Shown here piece by piece: positions 17,236-36,042 of a stretch of 64,000 nucleotides of DNA. A model generated the notes under the pieces. The model had not been told where the DNA came from and did no database searches. It was given only the letters and a program-made list of their open reading frames with translations. Numbering within the stretch: position 1 is the stretch's first letter; every line of letters begins with the position of its first letter. Made by a program: the position numbers and the translations under genes. Source of the stretch: the human T2T-CHM13v2.0 reference genome, Homo sapiens; the NCBI RefSeq assembly GCF_009914755.1, contig NC_060929.1; one strand, 5' to 3'.

Positions 17236-18196
17236 TTAGTTACTTTTTTTAAGAAAACAGAATAGGGACTTCACTGAGCTCACAGGCTTGATAATAAGTG
17301 TTCATTACATGTCCAGATGGAGGGAAGAGTTTGGTCAGCCACGTGCTTTGCCTATAACCTGGTTGTGCCACTGTCTTCCACCTAAAAGAACCTGAGAGTT
17401 TCTGATAATCAAACAGGAAAGCTCACCACAAAAGGTTAGAATAGCAATGCCTTTATGTTACATTAAATAATAATCTGCATATGTTCAGTATTTATAGTGT
17501 TTAGGGATAATTTTGTCTATAAAAACCAACAGATTAGCTTTATGATTCCATTAAAATGTACTTATTTTCTACTTGAGATTTTAAGCTGAAAGATTTAAGG
17601 GTCTTGTCTAGGTTTGTACACAGCATTGGATGCTTAAGATAACTTGAGATTTACTATATTCATAAGATTAATTTATTACATTACCTACAGAGGGGAAATC
17701 AAATATATTATATTTATAAATGCAATAAAAATGTTTAAAGGAATTTAATTAACCAAGTTGTAAATGGGGCTGATTATTTAAGGTAGTTTTCTCTGTTCAG
17801 CTGGAACACTAAGAAAAGCGCCCTTGAACAGGATTGCTGAAATTCACTGGATTTATAAAAAGAACAATAAGATTTATAAGTGGCACTTCTATGGGCTTAA
17901 GGAAAACAAGACTTTTTAATTTATTATTTGAATAAATTGTAAACGAATTCATAATAAAAGTCCAAAATAAATGTAAATCATTCCTTTCGGGGGGGAAATT
18001 ACCTTAAAGACCAAAAAACTCACAGCAACAGATCAGAACTATGAATCATTATTAATTGAGATGTTGGCATTATTCTCCCACAGAAAGAATCACAGCATTC
18101 TACAACAGTTGTTGCCCAACTCTTTTGATTATGCACCCCTAATAGTAAAAGAACTTTGAAAATGTATCTGTAATATATGTATATTTATTGACACAT

Positions 18197-18623
18197 TGTG
18201 ATGGGCACTGCCACGCACTGCCCAGAGTCCCCAGAGAAGGACATGTTGCCCTGTGCTGTGGGCAGAGAGCCCCCAGTGATCAGTTCTTCAGGGATGCTGC
18301 AACTGCAGAGGGCCACCTGGATGAATGCATGTCCCTCTCAAGACAGCCTATATGCAGTGACTCATCCGTGCAGGTATATAAAGGCCTGGCCACCTGGGCC
18401 CAGCTCTAGAGAGCTCTGAAGGGCCATTCTAGCTCCCATGCTCTGCATGGCGTTGACCCAGGCTGTCACAGAGCCTGTGTCACAGATGGACCTCTCCTTC
18501 TGCTCCACCCTGATTCCTTCTGTCCTTCGTACAGATGTCAATGCCCAGGATATGCCCTAGCAAACATCCCACATGCTCCACTCCTTCCCAGAGTCTACTT
18601 CCCAGGAAACCCAACCTGTAACA
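18197..18623 (+). mobile_element. Solo ERVL LTR (LTR16 family)
   Basis: tgtgatggg...ccacatgctccactccttcccagagtctacttcccaggaaacccaacctgtaaca. Confidence 0.7.
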
Positions 18624-18773
18624 CAAACTACATATGCAAACATCTCAATTACTTTGTTAAACATTAGCAAAGCTTAATATCTTTATGATTTGAATACCTC
18701 AGCCTCGGAAATGGTAGTGAGGAGACCAGAATGCTAATGAGCCATAAAGTATGGATAATTGAGAGATTACCCT

Positions 18774-18982
18774 TGTCATAGTCCATTATGGCTGCTATAA
18801 GAAAGTATCTCACGAGGTAATTTATAAAAACAAATTTATTTCTCACACTTCTGAAGACTGAGAAATCCAAGACAAAGATCCACTGCCAGATCCACTGTCT
18901 AGTGAGGGCTCGCTTTTTGCTTCAAAGATGGCACATTCTAGGTTCCCTCACTTGGCAGGAAGGGGCAAAGAAACTCCCTCAA
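18774..18982 (-). mobile_element. MaLR LTR fragment (MLT1A/MSTD-like), cut at the L1 boundary
   Basis: tgtcatagtccattatggctgctataag...aaatttatttctcacacttctgaagactgagaaatccaag. Confidence 0.75.
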
Positions 18983-19943
18983 ACACCCAGAGGGCAGGGC
19001 ATGCGGCCCCACCAACCCCTACCACTGATAGTCAGGTGGGAATGCCAGAGCTTCCAGCCCAATGATCTTGCTTCTGTGTGAACGCAGCTAGAGGCCACAA
19101 CTTCCTGTTGTCCCAGGAGAAACTCAATGGCAGAGCATGCTACCTCGCCCACTCCCTCCACAGATAGCCAGGTGGGTGGGCAACACCTGCTACAGCTTCT
19201 GGCCCAGTGGTCCCACTTCTGTGTGAACTCAGCCAGTGGATACAGCCTCCTATTGTACCATGAAGCACCCAGACAGCAGGGCAGGTGCCTCCATCCACCT
19301 CTACCACAGGTAGTCAGGTGAGCCATGCCTGCTAGAGCTTCCAGCCCAACAGTCCTACTTCTGCCTGAATTTGCCAAGAGGCACACCTTCCTGTTGCCCT
19401 GGGAACACCAGGATGGCAGGGTAGGCAACTCTCCCCACCCTTGCTTCCTACAGCCAGAAGGGCCACACCCACTAGAGCTTCCAACCCAGTGGCCCTACTT
19501 CTGCCTGAGCTCTGCCAGAAGGTACAAACCTGTGTTTCCCCAGGAAGCAAACAAACATCAGATTAGGGCCAATCTAGGAAGGATAAGGCTTATCTGCCAA
19601 CTGTGGACCCTGCTTGAGAGAGTCTCATGGACCAAAACACCCAACAAAAAAACATGGGCATGGAGACAGTAATTGGAGGGGGCTCCTCCAAAGAGCCTGT
19701 AGCAGACTAGAACTGAAACCAGTCAACCAAACCCACCTTACACCATCATCAAATCCCCAAGGGCATCAAAGAAGCAAAAAGCAAAAAAAAAAAAAAACTA
19801 TCCAATTTATCTTTGAAGGATAGCAACTTCAAAGATTGAAGGAACATCAGGTCACACAAATCAGAAAGAACCACAGCAAGAACTCTGGCAACTCAAAAAG
19901 CCAGAGTGGCTTCTTTCCTCCAATGACCACACTAGTTCCCCAG

Positions 19944-20289
19944 TGTATTAGTCCATTTACACACTGCAATAAAGAACTACCTGAGACTGGGTAATTTATG
20001 AAGAAAAGAGGTTCAACTGAATCACAGTTCTGCAGGCTTAACAGGGAGCATGGCTGGAAGGCCTCAGGAAACTTATAATCATGGCAGAAGGGGAAGGGGA
20101 AGCAAGTACATCTTTACTGTGGCAGAGCAGGAGAGGGAGAGAGAGAGAGAGAGGAGGGGGAAGTGACAAACACTTTTAAACCATCAGCTCTCATGAGAAC
20201 TCACTCACTATCACTAAAACACCTCCCACCAGGCCCCTCCTCCAATTCGACATGAGATTTGGGTGGGGACACAAATCCAAATCACATCA
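19944..20289 (-). mobile_element. MSTA-like MaLR solo LTR with internal deletion
   Basis: tgtattagtcc...gagactgggtaatttatgaagaaaagagg...gggtggggacacaaatccaaatcacatca; perfect 5-bp TSD cccag. Confidence 0.9.
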
Positions 20290-23029
20290 CCCAGCAAGGG
20301 TTCTTAAACAAGCTGAAGTGGCTGAAATGACAGAAATAGAATTCAGAATATGGATAAGAATGAAGATCTTTGAGATTCAGGAGAATGTCAAGACTCAATC
20401 CAAGGAAGTTAAGAATCACAATAAAATATTACAGGAGCTCATAGACAAAATAACCATTATAAAAAAGAAGCAAACTAATCTAGTAGAGCTGAAAAATATA
20501 CTATAAGAATTGCATAATGCAATCACAAGTATTAACAACAGAACAGACTAAGCTGGGGAAAGAATCTCAGAGTTTGAAGACTGGCTGTCTCAAATAACTC
20601 AATGAGACAAAAATAAAGAAAAAAGAATGAACAACACCTCTGAGAAATACAGAATTATGTAAAGAAACCAAATCGATGATTCACTGGCATCCTCAAAAGA
20701 GATGAGGAGAAGGCAGGCAATTTGGAAAACATATTTCAGGATAGCATTTATTAAAACTTCACTACAGAGGCCAACATTCAAATTCAGGAAATGCAGAGAA
20801 CCCCTGTGAGGTTATACAAGAAGAGCATCCAGAAGATACATAATCAGATTCCACAGGCTGAAATGAAAGAAGAATCATTAAGGGTAACTAGAGACAAGGG
20901 ACAGGTAACCTACAAAGGGAATCCCATCAAGCTAAGAGTGGACCTTTCAGCAGAAATGCTGCAAGCCAGAAGAGACTGGGGGTCTATATTCAGGATTCTT
21001 AAAGAAAAAATGTTTAACCAATAATTTCATTTCCAGTCAAACTAAGCTCCGTAAGTGAAGGAGAAATAAGATTCTTTTCAGACAAGAAAATGCTGAGGGA
21101 ATTTGTTACCACCAGACCTGCCTTACAAGAAATCCTGAAAGGAGCAATAAATATGTAAAGGAAAGACCATTACCAGCCCCTACAAAAACACACTTAAGTA
21201 CATAGACAGGTGACACTAAAAAGCCACCACACAAATAAGTCTGCATAATAACCAGCCAACAACACAAACACATGATCAAATCCACAAAAATCAATATTAA
21301 TCTTGAAAGTAAATGGGCTAAATGCCCCAATTAAAAGGCACAGAGTGGCAAGCTAGATAAAAAAGCAGGGCCTAATGGTATACTGTCTTCAAGAGACCCA
21401 TCTCACATGCAATGACATCCATAGCCTCAAAATAAAGGGATGGAGAAAACATATCAAGAAAATGGAAAACAGAAGAAAGCAGGGGTTGCAGTCCTAATTT
21501 CAGAGAAAACAGACTTTAAACCAACAAAGATCAAAAGAGATAAAAAGGGGATTATATAGTGGTAATGGGTTCAATTCAACAAGAAGATCTAACTGTTTTA
21601 AACATACACACAACTAACACAACAACACCCAGATTCATAAGGCAAGTTTTTAGAAATCTATGAAGAGACTTATATTACCACACAGTAATAGTAGGTGACT
21701 TCAACACCTCAATGACAGTATAAGACAGATCACTGAGACAGAAAGTTATTTGGGACCTGAACTCAACACTTGACCAAATGGACCTAACAGACATCTAAAG
21801 AACTCTCCACCGAAACACAATAGAATATACATTCTTCTCAACACCACATGGCACACACTCCAAACTCGACCACACCATCAGACATAAAACAATACTCAGT
21901 AAATTTTTTAAAAAATGAAATCATACCCAACCACACTCTCAGACCACAGCACAATAAAAATAGAAATCAATAGTAAGAAAATTACTCAAAAGCATACAAT
22001 GTGGGGGGCGGTTCCAAGATGGCTGAATAGGAACAGCTGCAGTCTATAGCTCCCAGTGTGAGCGACGCAGAAGACGAACGATTTCTGCATTTCCAATTGA
22101 GATACCAGGTTCATCTCACTCGGGATTGTCGGACAGTGGGTGCACAACAGTGGGTGCAGCACACCGAGCGTGAGCCGAAGCAGGGTGAGGCAGTGCCTCA
22201 CCCAGGAAGCGCAAGGGGTCAGGGAATTCCCTTTCCTAGCCAAGGAAAGGGGTGACAGACAGCACCTGGAAAATCAGGTCACTCCCACCCTAATACTGTG
22301 CTTTTCCAACGGTCAGCAAATAGCACACCAGGAGATTATATCCTGTGCCTGGCTCAGAGGGTCCTATGCTCACGGAGCCTCACTCATTGCTAGCACAGCA
22401 GTCTGAGATCAAACTGCAAGGGGGCAGCGAGGCTGGGGGAGAGACGCCCACCACTGCTGAGGCTTGAGTAGGTAAACAAAGCGGCCAAGAAGATCAAACT
22501 GGGTGGAGCCCACCACAGCTCAAGGAGGCCTGCCTGCCTCTGTAGACTCCACCTCTGGGGGCAGGGCATAGCCAAACGAAATGCAGCAGAAATCTCTGCA
22601 GACTTAAATGTCTCTGTCTGACAGCTTTGAAGACAGTAGTGGTTCTCCCAGCACGCAGCTTGAGATCTGAGAACAGACAGACTGCCTCCTCAAGTGGGTC
22701 CCTGACCCCCGAGTAGCCTAACTGGGAGGCACCCCCCAGTAGGAGCAGACTGACACCTCACATGGCCGGCTACCCCTCTGAGATGAAACTTCCAGAGGAA
22801 TGATCAGGCAGCAACATTTGCTGTTCACCAATATTCCCTACTCTGCAGCCTCTGCTGCTGATACCCAGGCAAGCAGCGTCTGGAGTGGACCTCCAGCAAA
22901 CTCCAACAGAACTGCAGCTGAGGGTCCTGACTGTTAGAAGGAAAACTAACAAACAGAAAGGACATCCACACCAAAACCCCATCTGTACGTCACCATCATC
23001 AAAAACCAAAGGTAGATAAAACCACAAAG

Positions 23030-24036
23030 ATGGGGAAAAAACAGATCAGAAAAACTGAAAATTCTAAAAATCAAAGCACCTCTCCTCCTCCAAAGGAATG
23101 AAGCTCCTCACCAGCAATGGAACAAAGCTGGATGGAGAATGACTTTGACGAGTTGGGAGAAGGCTTCAGACGATCAAACTTCTCTGAGCTAAAGGAGGAA
23201 TTTCGAAGCCATGGCAAACAAGTTAAAAACCTTGAAAAAAGATTAGATGAATGGCTAACTAGAATAACCAATGCAGAGAAGTCCTTAAAGGACCTGATGG
23301 AGCCGAAAACCACAGCACAAGAACTATGTGATGAATGCACAAGCTTCAGTAGCTGATTCGATCAACTGGAAGAAAGGGTATCAGTGACGGAAGATCAAAT
23401 GAATGAAATGAAGCAAGAAGTTAAGTTTAGAGAAAAAAGAATAAAAAGAAATGAACAAAGCCTCCAAGAAATATGGGACTATGTGAAAAGACCAAATCTA
23501 GGTCTAATTGGTATACTGAAAGTGACGAGGAGAATGGAACCAAGTTGGAAAACACTCTGCAGGATGTTATCCAGGAGAACTTCCCCAACCTAGCAAGGCA
23601 GGCCAACATTCAAATTCAGGAAATACAGAGAATGCCACAAAGATACTCCTCGAGAAGAGAAACTCCAAGACACATAATTGTCAGAATCACCAAAGTTGAA
23701 ATGAAGGAAAAAATGTTAAGGGCAGCCAGAGAGAAAGGTCGGGTTAGCCACAAAGGGAAGCCCATCAGACTAACAGCTTATCTCTCTGAAGAAACTCTAA
23801 GGCCAGAAGAGAGTGGGGGCCAATATTCAACATTCTTAAAGAAAAGAATTCTCAACCCAGAATTTCATATCCAGCCAAACTAAGCTTCATAAGTGAAGAA
23901 GTAAAATACTTTACAGACAAGCAAATGCTGAGAGATTTTGTCAGCACCAGGCCTGCCTTACAAGAGCTCCTGAAGGAAGCACTAAACATGGAAAGGAACA
24001 ACTGGTACAAGCCACAGCAAAAACGCCAAATTGTAA
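23030..24036 (+). pseudogene. L1-b ORF1p remnant
   Basis: atggggaaaaaacag start; fragments 23117..23356 and 23473..23883 with stops and frameshifts. Confidence 0.95.
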
Positions 24037-24099
24037 AGACCATTGATGCTAGGAAGAAACTACATCAACGAATGAGCAAAATAACCAGCTAACATCATA

Positions 24100-27920
<3,821 letters not shown>

Positions 27921-30554
27921 ACAATGAGAACACATGGACACAGGAAGGGGAACATCACACAGCGGGGCCTGTTGTGGGGTGGGGGGAGGGGGGAGGGATA
28001 GCATTAGGAGATATACCTAATGTAAATGACGAGTTAATGGGTGCAGCACACCAATATGGCACATGTATACATATGTAACAAACCTGCACGTTGTGCACAT
28101 GTATTCTAAAACTTAAAGTATAATAAAAAATAAAAATAAAAAAATAAAAAATAAAAAAAAGCATACAATGACATGGAAATTAAGCAACCTGCCCCTGAAT
28201 GACTTTTAAGTAAATAATAAAATTAAAGAAGAAATCAAGAAATTCTTTGAAACTAATGAGGACAAAGATAAAACATACCAGAATCTCTGGGACATAACTA
28301 AAGCAGTGTCAAGAGGAAAGTTTATAGCACTAAAAGCCCACATCAAAAAGTTAGAAAGATCTCAAATTAACAATCTAACATCAGAACTAGAAGAACTAGA
28401 GGAGCAAGAGCAAGCTCACCCCAAAACTAACAGAAAACAGGAAACAACCAAAATCAGAGCTGAACTGAAGAAGATTGAGAAGCAAAAAAAAAAAAACGTA
28501 TTAAAAAAAGAGATTAATGAATTTAAGAGTTGGTTCTTTGAAAAAATAAGACAGAGAAACCACGAGCTAGACTAAAAAATTTTTTAAAAGATTCAAATAA
28601 ACACAATTAGAAATGACAAAAGGGACATTACCACTGACCTCACAGAAATACAAAAAAAAAATCAGGGACTACTATGAATATATGCAGACAAACTAGAAAA
28701 TCTAGAAGAAACAGATAAATTCCTGGACACATACAACTTCCCAAAGCTGAACCAGGAAGAAATTGAATCCCTGAACAGACCAATAACAAGTTCTGAAATT
28801 GAATCTGTAATAAAAGCGTACTAACCAAGAAAAGCCCAGAACCAGTTGGATTCACAGTAGATTTCTACTAGATGTATAAGGAAGAGCTAGTACCATTCCT
28901 ACTGAAACTATTCCAAAAAAAATTGAGGAGGGGGAACTCCTCCCTAACTCACTCTATGAGGCCAGAATGGCAGAAACACAACAAAAAAAGAAAGCTTCAG
29001 GCCAATTTCCTTGATGAACACAGATGCAAAAATCTTCAACAAAATACTAGCAAACCAAATCCAGTAGCACATCAAAAAGGTAATCGACAACGATCTAGTA
29101 GCCTTTTTCCCTGGGATACATGGTTGATTCAACATATGCAAATCAATAAATGTGATTCATCACATAAACAGAACTAAAAATAAAAACTGTGATTATCTCA
29201 GAAAAGACTTTCAGTAAAATTTAACATCCATTCATGTTATAAGCTCTTAACAAACTAGGCATCAAAGGAACACACTTCAATATAATAAGAGTCATCTATG
29301 AGTAAGCCACAGCCAACATACTGAGTGGGCAGGAAACATTCTCCTTGAGAACCAGAACGAGACAAGGATACCCTCTCTTACCACTCCTATTCAATACAGT
29401 ATTGGAAGTGCTGGCCAGAGCAATCAGGCAAGAGAAAGAAAAGGCATCCAGAGAGAAAGAGAGTATGTCAAAGTATCCCTGCTTACAGAAAACATGATTC
29501 TATCTCTAGAAAACCCCATAGTTTCTGCCCATAATCTCCTTGATCTGATAAACAACTTCAGCAAAGTTTCCGGATACAAACTTAATGTACAAAAATCAGT
29601 AGCATTCCTATACACCAAGATCCAAACCAAGAGCCAAATCACAAATGAAACTGCATTCACAATTGCCACAAAAAATAAAATACCTAGGAATACACCTAAC
29701 CAGGCAGGTGAAAGGCCTCTACAACAAGAATTACAAAACACTGCTCAAAGAAATCAGCAAAAACACAAGCAAATGGAAAAACATTACATACTTATGGACA
29801 GGAAGAATCAATATCACTAAAATGGCCATTGTGCCCAAGACAATTTACAGATTCAATGCTATTTCTATCAAATGACTGATGACATTCTTCACAGAACTAG
29901 AAAAACTATTAATATTTTAAAATTCATATAGAACAAAAAAAGCCCAAATAGCAAAGGCAATCCTAAGCAAAAATAAGAAAACTGGAGGCATCATGTTACC
30001 CAACTTCAAAGTATACTACAGGGTACTGGTAACCAAACAGCATGGTACTTGTACAAAAATAGACACATAGACCAAAGGAAGTGAACAGAGAACCCAGAAA
30101 TAATGCTGCACACCTATGACCATCTGATCTTCGACAAACCTTACAAAAATAAGCAATAGAGAAAGCATTTCCCATTTAATAAATGGTACTGGGATAAATG
30201 GCTAGGTATATATGCAGAGATTGAAACTGGACCTCTTTCTTTTGCATCCAAAAAATAACAAATGTATACTTTAATTTCTAAAATAGGTGTCTTGACATGT
30301 GCACAACTGTATTTTCCTAGTGCAAACTTTCCCATCGATTATTATAATTTTTAAAAATTATACTTTAAGTACTAGGGTACATGTGCACAATGTGCAGGTT
30401 ACATAGATGTATGTTTCATGTTGGTGTGCTGCACCCATCAACTCGTCATTTACATTAGGTATTTATCCTAATGCTATCCCTCCCCCAGCCACACACCCCA
30501 CAACAGGCCCCAGTGTGTGATGTTCCCCGCCCTGTGTCCATGTGTTCTCATTGT

Positions 30555-33500
30555 TCAGCTCCCACTTATGAGTGAGAACATGTGGTGTTTGGTTTTCTGT
30601 CCTTGTGATAGTTTGCTGAGAATGATGGTTTGCAGCTTCATCCATGTCTCTGCAAAGGACATGAACTCATCCTTTTTTATGGCTGCATAGTATTCTGTGG
30701 TGTATATGTGCCACATTTTCTTAATCCAGTCTATCATTGATCAGCATGTGGGTTGGTTCCAAGTCTTTCCTATTGTGAAGAGTGCTGCAATAAACATACG
30801 TGTGTCTTTATAACAGCATGATTTATAATCCTTTGGGTATATACCCAGTAATGGAATGGCCAGGTCAAATGGTATTTCTAGTTCTAGATCCTTGAGGAAT
30901 CGCCACACTGTCTTCCACATCAGTTGAACTAATTTACACTCCCACCAACAGTGTAAAACTATTCCTATTTCTCCACATCCTCTCCAGCACCTATTGTTTC
31001 CTGACTTTTTAATGATCGCCATTCTAACTGGTGTGAGATGGTATCTCATTGTGGTTTTGATTTGCATTTCTCTGATGACCAGTGATGATGAGCATTTTTT
31101 CATATGTCTGTGGGCTGCATAAACGTTTTCTTTTCAGAAGTGTCCATTCATATCCTTTGCCCATTTTTTGATGGGGTTGTTTTTCTCTTGTAAATTTGAG
31201 TTCTTTGTAGATTCTGGATATTAGCCCTTTGTCAGATGGATAGGTTGCAAAAATTTTCTCCTATTCTGTAGGTTGCCTGTTCACTCTGATGGTAGTTTCT
31301 TTTGCTGTGGAGAAGCTGTTTAGTTTAATTAGATCCCACTTGTCAATTTTGGCTTTTGTTGCCATTGCTTTTGGTGTTTTAGTCATGAAGTCTTTGCCCA
31401 TGCCTATGTCCTGAATGGTATTGCCTAGGTTTTCTTCCAGGGTTTTTCTGGTTTTAAGTCTTACATTTAAGTCTTTAACCTATCTTGACTTAATTTTCAT
31501 ATAAGCTGTAAGGAAGGGATCCAGTTTCAGCTTTCTACATGTGGCTAGCCAGTTTTCCCAGCACCATTTATTAAATAGGGAATCCTTTCCCCAGTGCTTG
31601 TTTTTGTCAGGTTTTTCAAAGATCAGATGGCTGTAGATGTGTGGTGGTTATTTCTGAGGCCTCTGTTCTGTTCCATTGGTCTATATCTCTGTTTTGGTAC
31701 CAGTACCATGCTGTTTTTGTTACTGTAGCCTTGTAGTATAGTTTGAAGTCAGATAGTGTGATGCCCTGGCTTTGTTCTTTTTGCATAGGATTGTCTTGGC
31801 TATGTGGGCTCTTTTTTGGTTCCATATGAACTTTAAAATAGATTTTTCCAATTCTGTGAACAAAGTCATTGGTAGCTTGATAGGGATGACATTGAATCTA
31901 TAAATTACCTTGGGCAGTATGGCCATTTTCATGATACTGATTCTTCCCATCCAGGAGCATGGAATGTTCTTCAATTTGTTTGTGTCCCCTTTTATTTCAT
32001 AGAGCAGTGGTTTGTAGTTCTCCTTCAAAAGGTCCTTCACATCCCTTATAAGATGGATTCCTAGGTATTTTATTCTTTTTGTAGTAATTGTGAATGCGAG
32101 TTCACTCACGATTTGGCTCTCTGTTTGTCTGTTATTGGTGTATAAGAATGCTTGTGATTTTTGCACATTGATTTTGTATCCTGAGACTTTGCTCAAGTTG
32201 CTTATTAGCTTAAGGAGATTTGGGGCTGAGACGATGGGGTTTTCTAAATATACAATCATGTTATCTGCAAACGGAGACAATTTGATTTCCTTTTTTCCTA
32301 ACTGAGTACACTTTCTTTCTTTCTCTTGCCTGACTGCCCTGGCCAGAACTTCCAACGCTATGTTGAATAGGAGTGGTGAGAGAGGACATCCTTGCCTTGT
32401 GTCAGTTTTCAAAGGGAATGCTTCCGGTTTTTGCCCATTCGGTATGGTACTGGCTGTGGGTTTGTCATAATAGCTCTTATTATTTTGAGATATGTTGCAT
32501 CAATACCTAGTTTATTGGCAGTTTTTAGTATGAAGGGCTGTTGAATTTTGTAGAAGGCCTTTTCTGCATCTATTGAGATAATCATGTGGTTTTTTTCCTT
32601 GGTTCTGCCTATGTGATGGATTACATTTATTGATTTGTGTATGTTGAACCAGCCTTGCATCCCAGGGATGAAGCCAACTTGATCATGGTGGATAAGCTTT
32701 TTGATGTGCTGCTGGATTCCTTTTGCCAGTATTTTATTGAGCATTTTTGCATTGATGTTCATCATGGATAATGGCCTAAAATTCTCTTTTTTGTTGTGTT
32801 TCTGCCAGGCTTTGGTATCAGGATGATGCTGGCCTCATAAAATGAGTTAGGAAGGATTCTCTCTTTTTCTGTTGTTTGGAATAGTTTCAGAAAGAATGGT
32901 ACCAGCTTCTCTTTGTACCTCTGGTAGATTTCGGCTGTGAATCCATCTGGTCCTGGAATTTTTTTTATTTGTAGGCTATTAATTATTGCCTCAATTTCAG
33001 AACCTGTTATTGTTCTATTCAGAGATTCAACTTCTTCCTGGTTTAGTCTTGGGAGGGTATATGTGTGCAGGAATTTATCCATTTCTTCTAGATTTTCTAG
33101 TTTATTTGCAAAGAAATGTTTATAGTATTCTCTGACGGCAGTTTGTATTTCTGTGGGGTCAGTGGTGATATCCCCTTTATCATTTTTTATTGCATCTATT
33201 TGATTCTTCTCTCATTTCTTCTTTGTTAGTCTTGGTAGCAGTCTATCTATTTTGTTGATCTTTTCAAAAAACCAGATTCATTGATTTTTTTGAAGGGTTT
33301 TTCATGTCTCTTCAGTTCTGCTCTGATCTTAGTTAGTTCTTGCCTTCTGCTAGCTTTTGAATTTGTTTGCTCTTGCTTCTCTAGTTCCTTTAATTGTGAT
33401 GTTAGGGTGTCAATTTTAGATCTTTCCTGCTTTCTCTTGTGGGCATTTAGTGCTATAAATATCCCTCTACACACTGCTTTAAATGTGTCCCAGAGATTCT

Positions 33501-34353
33501 GGTATGTTGTGTCTTTGTTCTCACGGGTTTCAAAGAACATCTTTATTTCTGCCTTCATTTCATTATTTACCCAGTAGTCATTCAGGAGCAGGTTGTTCTG
33601 TTTGCATGTACTTGAACGGTTTTGAGTGAGTTTCTTAATCCTGGGTTCTAATTTGATTGCACTGTGGTCTGAGAGACAGTTTGTTGTGATTTCTGTTCTT
33701 TTGCATTTGCTGAGGAGTGCTTTACTTCTAACTATGTGGTCAATTTTAGAATAAGTGCGATGTGGTGCTGAGAAGAATGTATATTCTGTTGATTTGGGGT
33801 GGAGAGTTCTGTAGATGTTTATTAGGTCTGCTTGGTGCAGAGCTGAGTTCAAGTCCTGGATATCCTTGTTAACCTTCTGTCTTGTTGATCTGTCTAATAT
33901 TGACAGTGGGGTGTTAAAGTCTCCCATTATTATTGTGTGGGAGTCTAAGTCTCTTTGTAGGTCTCTAAGGACTTGCTTTATGAATCTGGGTGCTCCTGTA
34001 TTGGATACATATATATTTAGGATAGTTCACTCTTCTTGTTGAATTGATCCCTTTACCATAATGTAATGGCCTTCTTTGTCTCTTTTGATCTTTGTTGGTT
34101 TAAAGTCTGTTTTATCAGAGACTAGGATTGCAACCCCTGCTTTATTTGCTTTCCATTTGCTTGGTAGATCTTCCTCATTCCCTTTATTTTGAGCCTATGT
34201 GTGTCTTTGCACATGAGATGGGTCTCCGGAATACAGCACTCTGATGGGTCTTGACTCTTTATCCAATTTGCCAGTCTATGTCTTTTAATTGGGAGCATTT
34301 AGCCCATTTACATTTAAGGTTAATATTGTTATGTGTGAATTTGATCTTGTCAT
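30555..34353 (-). pseudogene. L1-c ORF2p remnant
   Basis: GDFN, SDH and RQGCPLSP motifs; catalytic FADD changed to FADN; frameshifts. Confidence 0.95.
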
Positions 34354-34416
34354 TATGATGTTAGCTGGTTATTTTGCCCATTAATTGATCCAGTTTCTTC
34401 ATAGTGTCAATGGTCT

Positions 34417-35438
34417 TCACAATTTGGTATGTTTTTGCAGTGTCTGGTACTGGTTGTTCATTTCCACGTTTAGTGCTTCCTTCAGGAGCTCTTGTAAGGC
34501 AGGTCTGGTGCTGACAAAATCTCTCAGTATTTGCTTGTCTGTAAAGTATTTTACTTCTTCACTTATGAAGCTTAGTTTGGCTGGATATGAAATTCTGGGT
34601 TGAAAATTCTTTCTTTAAGAATGTTGAATATTGGCCCCCACTCTCTTCTGGCTTGTAGAGTTTCTTCAGAGAGATCTGCTGTTAGTCTGATGGGCTTCCC
34701 TTTGTGGGTAACCCGACCTTTCTCTCTGGCTGCCCTTAACATTTTTTCCTTCATTTCAACCTTGGTGAATCTGACAATTGTGTGCCTTCAGGTTGCTCTA
34801 CTCAAGAAATATCTTTCTGGTGTTCTCTGTATTTCCTAAATTTGAATGTTGGCTTGTCTTGCTAGGTTGGGGAATTTCTCCTGGATAATACCCTGAAGAG
34901 TGTTTTCTAATTTGGATCCATTCTCCCCATCACTTTCAGGAAGACCAATCAAACATAGATTTGGTCTTTTCATATAGTACCATATTTCTTGGAGGCTTTG
35001 TTCATTTCTTTTCACTCCTTTTTCTCTAATCTTGTCTTGTCACTTTATTTCATTAATTTGATCTTCAATTACTGATATCCTTTCTTCTACTTGATCGAGT
35101 CAGCTACTGAAGCTTGTGCATGCGTCACGAAGTTCTTGTGCTGTGGTTTTCAGCTCCAGCAGGTCATTTAAGGTCTTCTCCACATTGTTTATTCTAGTTA
35201 GCCATTTGTCTAACCTTTTTTCAAGGTTTTTAACTTCCTTGCTATAGGTTGGAACATGATCCTTTAGCTTGGAGAAGTTTGTTATTACCAACCTTCTGAA
35301 GCCTACTTCTGTCAACTCATCAATCTCATTCTCTATCCAGTTTTGTTCCTTTGCTGGCCAGTAGCTGTGATCCTTTGGAGGAGAAGAGGCACTCTGGCTT
35401 TTGGAATTTTCAGCTTTTCTGCTCTGGTTTCTCCCCAT
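34417..35438 (-). pseudogene. L1-c ORF1p remnant
   Basis: MGRNQSRKAENSK start, in-frame stops, REWGPIF motif. Confidence 0.95.
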
Positions 35439-36042
35439 CTTTGTGGTTTCATCTACCTTTGGTCTTTGATGATGGTGACCTACAGATGGGGTTTTGGTGT
35501 AGATGTGCTTTTTGTTGACGCTGATGCTATTCCTTTCTGTTTGTTAGTTTTCCTTCTAACAGTCGGGCCTCTCAGCTGCAGGTCTGTTGGAGTTAGCTGG
35601 AGGTCCACTCCAGACCCTGTTTGCCTGGGTGTCACCAGCAGAGGATGCAGAACAGCAAATATTTCTGCCTGGTCCTTCCTCTGGAAGCTTCATCCCAGAG
35701 GGGCACCTGCCTGTATGAGGTGTCTGTCAGCCCCTACTGGGAGGTGTCTCCCAGTCAGGCTACATGGGGGTCAGGGATCTACTTGAGGAGGCAGTCTGTC
35801 CATTCTCAGAGCTCAAATCCCATGCTGGGAGAACCACTGCTCTCTTCAGAGCTGTCAGACAGGGACGTTTAGGTCTGCCGAAGCTGTCTGCTGCCTTTTG
35901 TTCTGATATGCCCTGCCCACAGAGATGGAGTCTACAGCAAGGCAGTAGGTCTTGCTGAGCTGTGGTGGGCTCCACCCAGTTTGAGCTTCCTGGCCTCTTT
36001 GTTTACACTGTGAGCACAAAACCGCCTACTCAAGCCTCAGCA

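Noticed and set aside
18985-19520. Spaced repeats (gagcttccagccca...) resembling an array
   Set aside because: Degenerate tandem units in an old L1 5' UTR; eukaryotic context, not CRISPR.
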